Source of the DNA: Candidatus Hydrothermarchaeota archaeon | GTDB taxonomy: Archaea; CAYFZR01 | Length of the DNA: 17,149 nucleotides | NCBI GenBank assembly: GCA_046760505.1 | Contig: JBHIEG010000032.1 | Location: 1-17,149, forward strand | Reading direction: 5' to 3' | Part shown: in pieces, positions 7,947-15,229 of the stretch | Layout: every line of letters begins with the position of its first letter | Numbering within the stretch: position 1 is the stretch's first letter | Program-made: the position numbers and the translations under genes | Notes under the pieces: generated by a model | What the model was told of the DNA's origin: nothing | The model's database searches: none | What the model saw: only the letters and a program-made list of their open reading frames with translations

Positions 7947-8414
7947 GTGGAAATTTCGGCAGAAACTAAGCTGAGATTAGTTCTCGCCTCTTATGCAGGA
8001 ATTCTTAGTGGGATGCTTTTTTCACTAAAAGAAAAGTATGATAATCCTGATAATTCTCTCGAACTTTATAAGGAGATAGCCGAAGAAAGAGCAAGATTAA
8101 TAGCAACCACGATTGCAGAAAACTTCGGAATAAAAGGAAACGATGCATTAGCCATAGGAAAATGCTGGAACGTATGGATGAAAGTTCACGACTTTGAATT
8201 TAGCATGTCTGAGCAGAGTAAAACAAGGGTAAAGCTCAGAATCACCAAATGTCCGTTTCAGCAACCTCCAAGATTAAAAGATATTGGTCAGTGGGATCTT
8301 CTATTTTTGGTTCCTTTTTCAAAAGCCCTGAATCCCAATGCTATAGCAAAAAGACCGCTGGGAATGTGCGCAGGAGATCCAAATTGCGAACTGATCATTG
8401 AAATTCCTGAGTAG
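7947..8414 (+). CDS. V4R-like / ATC-hydrolase-family (L-2-amino-thiazoline-4-carboxylate hydrolase-like) protein
   Basis: LRITKCPF and GMCAGDPNCELII motifs of the V4R/H-NOX-like fold. GTG start preceded by a GGGGAGGT SD. Confidence 0.65.
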   Translation: MEISAETKLRLVLASYAGILSGMLFSLKEKYDNPDNSLELYKEIAEERARLIATTIAENFGIKGNDALAIGKCWNVWMKVHDFEFSMSEQSKTRVKLRITKCPFQQPPRLKDIGQWDLLFLVPFSKALNPNAIAKRPLGMCAGDPNCELIIEIPE

Positions 8415-8439
8415 TCGTTGAGTACCAGAATAAAGAATA

Positions 8440-8461
8440 GAAAAAGAAAATAAAAATAAAA
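8440..8461 (-). terminator. Oligo-T terminator-like tract
   Basis: Minus strand TTTTATTTTTATTTTCTTTTT immediately after the stop codon at 8462. Confidence 0.5.
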
Positions 8462-8668
8462 TTACCCCCTGAGTCTAACCGTAGATAATTTAATTGTCCC
8501 GAACCCTATTAGAATACAGATGATTCCTATTGAAACCACGAACAGTATCTCCTCTAAAACGAATAGTTTATCGTTGTAGTAGTCCAATACAGGTAGGGAT
8601 ATGATGCCGAGCCCTCCGAATATAAAGATTAAACCGATTATTATCAATTTGGTTCTTATACTCCTCAC
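8462..8668 (-). CDS. Small two-TM membrane protein
   Basis: A GTG start at 8668 gives 68 aa with two hydrophobic helices and avoids the overlap with the 8701 gene that the longer 8767 start would cause. Confidence 0.6.
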   Translation of the reverse strand: MRSIRTKLIIIGLIFIFGGLGIISLPVLDYYNDKLFVLEEILFVVSIGIICILIGFGTIKLSTVRLRG

Positions 8669-8700
8669 CAATCTATAGATAAGGAAAGCAATACTTAAAG

Positions 8701-9306
8701 GTGTTTCCCTTGAAACAAAAGATAAGAGAGCATGTATGGGATCTACTTGAGAGAAAAGGAATCGCAATTTTCCCCTTACCTCCTAAGGGAAGAATTCCAA
8801 ACTTTAAAGGCTCGGATAAGGCATGTAGAAGGCTTTTGGATTTAGAAGAGTTCAAGAGAGCCACATGCGTTTTCTGTGCTCCTGACTATGTTTTAAGAGA
8901 GGCTAGGAAGATAGTATTAAAAGAAGGAAAAAAACTCGCCTTAGCTACGCCCCATATGAAGGATTTTTTAGAGATTTTTAACGTAAAAGAAATCGATAAG
9001 GCTGTTTTAATTAAAAATTTCAAGAAATACGGAAGACCCCTTAAGTCCAAGGTTGATTTGTTTGTACAGGGATCTGTTGCGGTAGACTTATGGGGAAATA
9101 GATTGGGAAAAGGTAGTGGCTATGGTGACAAAGAATATCATTTTTTGAGTAAAAAGAGACTAATCACCAATAACTGCAAGGTTGTCACAGTCGTGCATCA
9201 GCTTCAGATTGTTGATCATGTTCCAAGCGAAGAGCATGACGTGAGAGTAGATTATATATTAACTCCAGAGAAGATTATACATGCAAATAGAAGAGATAGT
9301 GAATAG
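8701..9306 (+). CDS. 5-formyltetrahydrofolate cyclo-ligase family protein (archaeal/MTHFSD-like paralog)
   Basis: KQKIREHVW, GRIPNFKG, GSVAVD, GNRLGKGSGYGD and HDVRVDYILTP motifs. Confidence 0.88.
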   Translation: MFPLKQKIREHVWDLLERKGIAIFPLPPKGRIPNFKGSDKACRRLLDLEEFKRATCVFCAPDYVLREARKIVLKEGKKLALATPHMKDFLEIFNVKEIDKAVLIKNFKKYGRPLKSKVDLFVQGSVAVDLWGNRLGKGSGYGDKEYHFLSKKRLITNNCKVVTVVHQLQIVDHVPSEEHDVRVDYILTPEKIIHANRRDSE

Positions 9307-9898
9307 ACTGAAGAAAACATACGAGATGAATCTCCCGGAAGAAGATCCTTTTAAAGTATTGATATTCACCATTCTTTCAGCGAGAACGAGGGACGAAAAT
9401 ACTGAAAAGGCGATTGATAATTTATTTTCCGTCTACGATACTCCTGAAAGAATAGCAAATGCCAGCGAAAAAGATTTAGAAGATCTTATCAGGCCTAGTG
9501 GATTCTATAGAGTTAAGGCAAGAAGAATCAAAGAGGTATCGAATGCTATATTGGAGAGATACGAGGGTAAAGTACCTGATACTCTAGATGAATTACTTTC
9601 CCTCCCCGGGGTGGGGAGAAAGACTGCTAACTGCGTTTTGGTGTATGGATTTAAAAAAGAAGCAATCCCCGTGGACACACATGTTCACAGGATTTCAAAT
9701 AGGTTAGGTATTGTAAAAACCAAGTACCCTGAGATGACAGAGGAAGAGTTGATGAAAAGGGTTCCTAGAAAATTCTGGGTTTATATCAACGATCTATTCG
9801 TAAAGCATGGACAAGAAATATGTAAACCCATTAAGCCAAGATGTGATGAATGCATGCTCACAGATATTTGCGATTATTATAATTACAGTAACAGATGA
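9281..9898 (+). CDS. nth: Endonuclease III (HhH-GPD glycosylase/AP lyase, 4Fe-4S)
   Basis: ILSART, LPGVGRKTAN (HhH), VDTHVHRISNRLG and C-x6-C-x2-C-x5-C motifs. Confidence 0.96.
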   Translation: MQIEEIVNRLKKTYEMNLPEEDPFKVLIFTILSARTRDENTEKAIDNLFSVYDTPERIANASEKDLEDLIRPSGFYRVKARRIKEVSNAILERYEGKVPDTLDELLSLPGVGRKTANCVLVYGFKKEAIPVDTHVHRISNRLGIVKTKYPEMTEEELMKRVPRKFWVYINDLFVKHGQEICKPIKPRCDECMLTDICDYYNYSNR

Positions 9899-9997
9899 AA
9901 ATTTTCTCTCCTTTTTGACAGATCAGCAGGAAAAGAATTTATTTCTGAACTGCTTATCATTTATACATCCAATCGATAGTTAAGGTAGGTTTAAGGA

Positions 9998-10162
9998 ATG
10001 GGAATGGAAGGCATCGGTAGAAAAAGAAAAATGTACTTCTGTAAGAAATATCAGAAGTATTTAAATCCAATTGAGATCAAAAACACACACAAGAATCGTT
10101 GTTTTAGAATAAAGAGAGGTAAAAGGCAAGGAAAGGCGTGCAATTCTTTGATAGTGATATAA
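9998..10162 (+). CDS. Small basic Cys/His-containing hypothetical protein (54 aa; not in ORF track)
   Basis: Hand translation gives MGMEGIGRKRKMYFCKKYQKYLNPIEIKNTHKNRCFRIKRGKRQGKACNSLIVI*. Preceded by AAGGTAGGT. Fills the gap between nth and the second protease. Confidence 0.55.
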   Translation: MGMEGIGRKRKMYFCKKYQKYLNPIEIKNTHKNRCFRIKRGKRQGKACNSLIVI

Positions 10163-10185
10163 AAAATTTACTGCAAGGATACTTG

Positions 10186-11121
10186 TTAGTACATGTATCC
10201 GAGCACGTCTCTTATGTTTTTCACATATTCCACATTTATGCCAATATTCTTTTCTATATATCTCTCTGCATCCACTATCACAGGTCTCTTCTCTGTAATT
10301 ATAATCCCTGCTATTTCCCTTTTCCTCTCTCCCCATAGCATTAGGTCATGATTCTCCCATGGGATGAATATCATAGTCTTTCCTGCCTTCTTGGCTGCTT
10401 GAGCCTTCTCAACAATACCGCTAACTCCTCCGATGTTCCCCTCAAGGTCTATGGTCCCGGTCATGGTTATACTTCTGGGTATTTTCTTCTCATTTATTGC
10501 AGAAATTACCATGAGCGTCATCAATGCTCCAGCACTCGGCCCGTCTACTTCTGAAACTTCTTTTCCCGAGGTCACGCTAAATATAACGTCGCAGTTGCTT
10601 AAGTCTTTTCCTGTGTACTTTTGAGCCACGTATACTGCGGTATTCGCTGCATCCTGAAATATCACACCCATGGCGGGTTTCGTAACCACAAGAACTCTAC
10701 CTTTTCCGGGCGTTATCTCTACTGAGATTTCCATCATAACTCCTTCAAGGGTTAATTTTCGCTCTAAAAAAGGGTAATCGCCTATATATTCAACTTTTTG
10801 TCTAACGGCTGGCGCATCAAGTTCTGCAGAACTAAATATTGTATAATTTGTTGTTTTTTTAACGCTCTCCAATTCTTTTACTCTCTGTCTGTAAATTTCA
10901 GTCTGTTTTTTATAGTATTGAAGGGTTAGATTTAGTTGGTGTAGTTTCTGTTCAAGCAACATATTTCTTTCCTGTAAATCAATGATTTCTTCCTGAAGCA
11001 TTTTGATTTTTTCTTCATCAGAATATTTAACACAGTTCGTTGATAAAACGGTAATTAAAACTGAAAAAACTACAATGAACGTTCCTTTCTTAATCCTAGA
11101 ACTAGCCTGGCTTTTGGGCAT
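10186..11121 (-). CDS. Membrane-anchored Lon-type (S16) protease with coiled-coil stalk, no ATPase domain
   Basis: N-terminal TM helix, about 55 aa of heptad-like coiled coil, then DGPSAG (Ser) and MTGTIDLEGNIGGVSGIVEKAQAA (Lys). Confidence 0.87.
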   Translation of the reverse strand: MPKSQASSRIKKGTFIVVFSVLITVLSTNCVKYSDEEKIKMLQEEIIDLQERNMLLEQKLHQLNLTLQYYKKQTEIYRQRVKELESVKKTTNYTIFSSAELDAPAVRQKVEYIGDYPFLERKLTLEGVMMEISVEITPGKGRVLVVTKPAMGVIFQDAANTAVYVAQKYTGKDLSNCDVIFSVTSGKEVSEVDGPSAGALMTLMVISAINEKKIPRSITMTGTIDLEGNIGGVSGIVEKAQAAKKAGKTMIFIPWENHDLMLWGERKREIAGIIITEKRPVIVDAERYIEKNIGINVEYVKNIRDVLGYMY

Positions 11122-11145
11122 AAGTTAAGTTTACCTAAGATATCT

Positions 11146-11160
11146 TATAAATTCTTCCTT
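11146..11160 (-). promoter_or_regulatory. Putative BRE/TATA promoter of the second Lon-type protease gene
   Basis: Minus strand AAGGAAGAATTTATAA, with the TATA about 25-31 nt upstream of the ATG at 11121. Confidence 0.5.
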
Positions 11161-11240
11161 CACAGAATTACTTCATTCCTTTTTGCCAACAAGAGATATT
11201 TAATGAAGGGGAAGCTTTTGAAATCAATGAGAAAATAAAC

Positions 11241-11693
11241 CTAGAACACGGTATTGGATGAAAATCTTCTTTTTAGCCAAACCAACCCCGCTATGGGAAT
11301 GGATACCATGGCAGGGAGATAGGAGTCCGACCATATAAACCCATGTGTTTCAAATGTAAAGAGAGGATAAAAAAATTCATTTAAATTTCCAAACGGGTAA
11401 AGAAGACTATCTAAAGCAAAATGGCTTAGTAAACCTATGATTATCATAAGATACGTCTCTTTCCAGTGCTTAAAGAAACTTGAAATTAAGGCGCCTGATA
11501 AGAGGGATCCAAAAATGGTATGAAAAGGCAAGAAGAAGTTTAAAACTTTGAAATGATCCAAGAAATGCGTGAATATCATAAAAAGTTTTGAGAGATCTGG
11601 AAGTACGGAGCCGAGGATGACTGGTCTAACCCTGGCATTCATTAAACATGCTATGAGATATCCAAAGCAGATGTGGGTAACCCAATCAGGCAC
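11241..11693 (-). CDS. Membrane-bound metal-dependent hydrolase (YdjM-like)
   Basis: PDWVTH, GSVLPDL, FHT and SHFALD metal-ligand pattern within a hydrophobic protein. Confidence 0.8.
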   Translation of the reverse strand: MPDWVTHICFGYLIACLMNARVRPVILGSVLPDLSKLFMIFTHFLDHFKVLNFFLPFHTIFGSLLSGALISSFFKHWKETYLMIIIGLLSHFALDSLLYPFGNLNEFFYPLFTFETHGFIWSDSYLPAMVSIPIAGLVWLKRRFSSNTVF

Positions 11694-12093
11694 GAGGAAA
11701 CCTCCTGTTTTCTCTCCATTCTTTTATAAAAACGAAGAAAAGTAGGGGTAAGGCAAGAAAAGAAAAATATACTGGAAAATTAGGATAATCGTGGATATGA
11801 TACTTTTTCGCTATGAGCACTCCGTCATTTACATAACCAAAGAAACTCACCATCTGACCTTTTTGAAGAACTGAATTAATCCTTACAATCGCAGATTGAT
11901 TGCCGTACTTCGAGCGTACTTCATAAACGTTGGGACCGAGTTTTTTATTGACAACAAAGTTGTTGAGATAATATTCTTTTCCCTCATAAACGTAGAGATT
12001 CAGCGGTTTATAAAGAGGGTGTTCAAGAGCATACGAGCAGAAAAGAATAATTGAAAATAAAATCATCATCCTGAAAACCCATATTTTTTCCAT
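11686..12093 (-). CDS. Hypothetical membrane protein (two terminal TM helices flanking a beta-rich, possibly OB-fold-like domain)
   Basis: Hydrophobic N- and C-terminal segments, a central LQKGQMVSFFGYV strand pattern, and an 8-nt overlap with the downstream hydrolase. Confidence 0.7.
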   Translation of the reverse strand: MEKIWVFRMMILFSIILFCSYALEHPLYKPLNLYVYEGKEYYLNNFVVNKKLGPNVYEVRSKYGNQSAIVRINSVLQKGQMVSFFGYVNDGVLIAKKYHIHDYPNFPVYFSFLALPLLFFVFIKEWRENRRFPRA

Positions 12094-12117
12094 AGATATA
12101 CATCCTGAAAGTCATGG

Positions 12118-12261
12118 TTAACTCATTTCTACCTTTACTTTACCTGCACAGTTTGGACATATCCAAACAATACTCTCTCCTTTATCTTCTTTTTTCGATA
12201 TTCTTAATCTGCCCTTCTCTTTTTGATCGAATAATGAATTGCATATTTTACATTTCTTCAT
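12118..12261 (-). CDS. Small zinc-ribbon protein (47 aa, CxxC...CPxC; not in ORF track)
   Basis: Hand translation gives MKKCKICNSLFDQKEKGRLRISKKEDKGESIVWICPNCAGKVKVEMS*. AAGGT SD-like sequence upstream. Co-oriented with both neighbours. Confidence 0.78.
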   Translation of the reverse strand: MKKCKICNSLFDQKEKGRLRISKKEDKGESIVWICPNCAGKVKVEMS

Positions 12262-12371
12262 CTTGATACCTTGAATAAAAATATAAAGTCTCAAATAAAA
12301 AATATTCTCTTGAGAAGTATTCTGCCAAGTTTATTACTCGAGTTTCCAATGAATGGAAAAATTTTGTAATA

Positions 12372-13289
12372 TTATGAAATGCCTTTGGTGAGAAAAAAGC
12401 AAATTATCGCAAGAAAGACGATTAAAAAACCAAGAAATGTTGTTTGAACTTTTCTTTTTTCCCTAACTTTTTCAACAAGTTTTAGTTCGTTCTGAACTTT
12501 CTTTAACTCTTCTTTTGATTTTAGGGCCAAATTAACGCTCTTTTCGTAACTACCATTGAAGTAGGCTATTTTTGCTTTTCGTGTAAGATTTTCGGCAATA
12601 AAAAATCTTTTTTCTAACTTTAGTACATTTGAAATCAGGCATTCGTCTTTTTTTGCATTTTCTATTGCTTTATAAGTTTCATTTATCAGGTTAGAAGCAT
12701 CTTCTATCGCTTTTTGGGGATGCAAAAAAGTTACGCTCGCGAATTGGAAATCATGCCACTCTATTATGTAACGCTCAAACTGTTTTGATATTTCCCCGTC
12801 ACTTTTTCTTATTATCTGATTGTACTTTGGAAGAACGACACGAAGAAAACCAGGATAAATGAGAGGTTTTAAGATGCCTTTGTCGGTTTTTATTCTGAAT
12901 AAGTCACTTGAGAGATTAAAGTGATCGTATCTTTGTTGTGAATATGTTAATTCAAAAAAACCTATGGTTCCAGCCTCATTTTCTTTATAAATATGATAAC
13001 TGTATGGGACCTTAATCCAATTATGCTCAACATATGACTCCAAAATCCTGCTGAAATCATTGATACTTAAGTTTTTAACATTATTGCCGCTTTTTATCCA
13101 TATCTCTACCAACTCATAGTTGTTTGTATCGTTCGTAATCCTGTAATTGTAACCCAAGCCAAAGTATTCCTTTACAAACGTATTGTTTTCAATGGAAACG
13201 CTAACCTTCCATCCTTTTCCTATGTAAAAGGGATTTGCTAGGGATGTAACCATCAAAAATAGGAGCAATATTAAATTGAGAAACCTCAA
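12372..13289 (-). CDS. Hypothetical secreted protein with C-terminal membrane anchor
   Basis: Signal peptide, beta-rich N-terminal domain, helical/coiled-coil stalk and C-terminal TM helix. Start overlaps the truD stop by 4 nt. Confidence 0.75.
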   Translation of the reverse strand: MRFLNLILLLFLMVTSLANPFYIGKGWKVSVSIENNTFVKEYFGLGYNYRITNDTNNYELVEIWIKSGNNVKNLSINDFSRILESYVEHNWIKVPYSYHIYKENEAGTIGFFELTYSQQRYDHFNLSSDLFRIKTDKGILKPLIYPGFLRVVLPKYNQIIRKSDGEISKQFERYIIEWHDFQFASVTFLHPQKAIEDASNLINETYKAIENAKKDECLISNVLKLEKRFFIAENLTRKAKIAYFNGSYEKSVNLALKSKEELKKVQNELKLVEKVREKRKVQTTFLGFLIVFLAIICFFLTKGIS

Positions 13290-14479
13290 TTTATCCTCTC
13301 CATTAATTCTCTAAGAAAAGACGTGGCGTACACACCCTTTGGCAGATCAAATCTTATTTCCACTTTTCCATTGAGTATATCGTATTCAAAGCCTTTAACC
13401 ACAAGTGCCAGTTCTCTCCTCAACCCTGGAGAAGATAATTCTGGCATACTTTTTATTAGGAAGTCTTCTCTTCTTAAATACTCTTTTTCTATGATTTCTC
13501 TTTCTATTTCACCCATTTTACCTCCTGCTAGTGGAACATCATGGCCGAATAAAACTCCGGTGGGCAGGTTGTTTTTTGAAATGTCTCCTTCCAAAGATTC
13601 AACTATGGGTAATTTTTCATCTATTCTCTTGCTTAAAATTAGATTGAAAAGATAAGACTGGTAAGCATGAACAAAAAGTCTCAAAAGGGGTCTAGGAAGT
13701 CTTCTCAAAGCGCCTACGAAGTCTCTGGGATGTTTAGCTAGATGCTCCAAAATGATTCTCTCATATCTCAGATGATTTGGAAACAATTTTAGACATTTTT
13801 TGTAGTCTTTGGTCTCATCGTATACTTTTCTAGCCTCTATGCTCGATTCAGATTCTGTTTCAAATGGGTGACCCAGGTACCAATCTACTGCAGAGGAAAA
13901 ATCGCCCTTAACTATCATTTTTCCAACCATGTGGGTAATCGGTCTCTTCGATCCAAATCTTTGTATACCAAAAAAATTTGGAACCCCACCGATTTCATTA
14001 ATTCTATCTTCAAAATACTTCAATTTTTCTTCAGGGTTTTCAAAGCAATTTATATTTATTTTAAATCTGTTACCTGAAAGACTTCCCATCTTTATTGGCT
14101 TTTCAGTTTTCTGAGGATTTAATATCTCTATATTAGGCACCCTTATGCTCAACAATTGAGAAGGCTCAATCCCGTATACAGTAACGAGTTGGAAGGTAAC
14201 TGCTCTCTTATCTTTATTCCCAGCGAATCGAAATCTCTTATTGCTTATTTTGAGTTTTCTTGATATTTCTCTGATTGCATTTTGGGTATCTATGTTTTCC
14301 TTTTTAAGCACAAAAGCTGTGTATTCCCCTTTCCCTGAAAATTCTAGTTCTGTTACTGGCTTACCTTGAAATAATTCTATGACAATGAAGTCTGAGCATT
14401 TTTCTCTCATGGTCCCTCTTAAATTACACCCTATGAGGTGTTTCCTCATACCTACAAATTCATCATACATAGAGATCAT
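13286..14479 (-). CDS. truD: tRNA pseudouridine(13) synthase TruD
   Basis: DFIVIE, AGNKDKRAVTFQ (catalytic Asp), GNRF, PNFFGIQRFG, AYQSYLFN and FDLPKGVYATSFLRELM motifs. Confidence 0.96.
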   Translation of the reverse strand: MISMYDEFVGMRKHLIGCNLRGTMREKCSDFIVIELFQGKPVTELEFSGKGEYTAFVLKKENIDTQNAIREISRKLKISNKRFRFAGNKDKRAVTFQLVTVYGIEPSQLLSIRVPNIEILNPQKTEKPIKMGSLSGNRFKININCFENPEEKLKYFEDRINEIGGVPNFFGIQRFGSKRPITHMVGKMIVKGDFSSAVDWYLGHPFETESESSIEARKVYDETKDYKKCLKLFPNHLRYERIILEHLAKHPRDFVGALRRLPRPLLRLFVHAYQSYLFNLILSKRIDEKLPIVESLEGDISKNNLPTGVLFGHDVPLAGGKMGEIEREIIEKEYLRREDFLIKSMPELSSPGLRRELALVVKGFEYDILNGKVEIRFDLPKGVYATSFLRELMERIN

Positions 14480-14832
14480 TTCAAGAGCGGCAAGCTCCCT
14501 GTTATGGAATCTATTTTCTTGGATGAGAAAGGTCCAATCGCTAGGGATGTAACAGTTCCTGGGGGCAGTTCAGTTAATCCTGCATCTCGGACCAAGTAGT
14601 TTGGTAAGAATTTTTCATCTGATATCTTTTTTATGCTTAAAATCTCATCCAAGTCCTTACAGGTCAATACTACTTTTTTTTGCCCCCCATCGATCCATTT
14701 TTTAAAGTAAGAGGGAAATCTCTTTTGAGATACTAATGCGGCCCCCACCGATCCATGGGCAACCTGAACGCAGAGTTTACCCTTTGAAATTTCGAGATCT
14801 CTTCTTATCAAGATAACCTGTTTAACCTCCAT
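14476..14832 (-). CDS. pth2: Peptidyl-tRNA hydrolase, archaeal/eukaryotic Pth2 type
   Basis: KQVILIRRDL, GKLCVQVAH, GQKKVVL, DAGLTE..PGTVT.LAIGP and IDSITG.L.LL motifs. GGAGG SD upstream. Confidence 0.96.
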   Translation of the reverse strand: MEVKQVILIRRDLEISKGKLCVQVAHGSVGAALVSQKRFPSYFKKWIDGGQKKVVLTCKDLDEILSIKKISDEKFLPNYLVRDAGLTELPPGTVTSLAIGPFSSKKIDSITGSLPLLK

Positions 14833-14858
14833 TAATCCTCCTTCCTTGGTGTATCCTT

Positions 14859-15173
14859 TTAATCCTTTTCATTTTGATCTATTCTTTCTAACTTATTCTT
14901 TCTCAATCTATACGCTCCATAAGATAGTATCGTAAAAAGAATAAGAGAAATCCAAAGATTGGTCTCGGTAAGTCTTATCGTCTGTGCTAAAAGAAAAGCA
15001 ATGTATACAGAGATTACAATGCTAAGACCAAACCCTAAAACAACTCTTTCCATATTCTCTATGTCTTCTCTTTTGGGATAAATAGCAAAAGTAAATATAT
15101 ATCCTGGGACAAAGAATACAAATGCAAAGCCAACTATCGCATGGATAATGGAAGCAGCATCCAATAACATCAC
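14859..15173 (-). CDS. DUF1616-like small membrane protein
   Basis: FFVPGY...IYP...ERVVLGFGLSI pattern and three TM helices. Confidence 0.72.
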   Translation of the reverse strand: MMLLDAASIIHAIVGFAFVFFVPGYIFTFAIYPKREDIENMERVVLGFGLSIVISVYIAFLLAQTIRLTETNLWISLILFTILSYGAYRLRKNKLERIDQNEKD

Positions 15174-15229
15174 CTTTCGTGAATCATAATTTACACAAAT
15201 AAAAAGCTATCGAGTATGGAGGAAACCTA

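Noticed and set aside
9895-9918. ATG overlapping the nth stop codon, suggesting a coupled gene
   Set aside because: The frame closes after 7 codons (MKIFSPF*).
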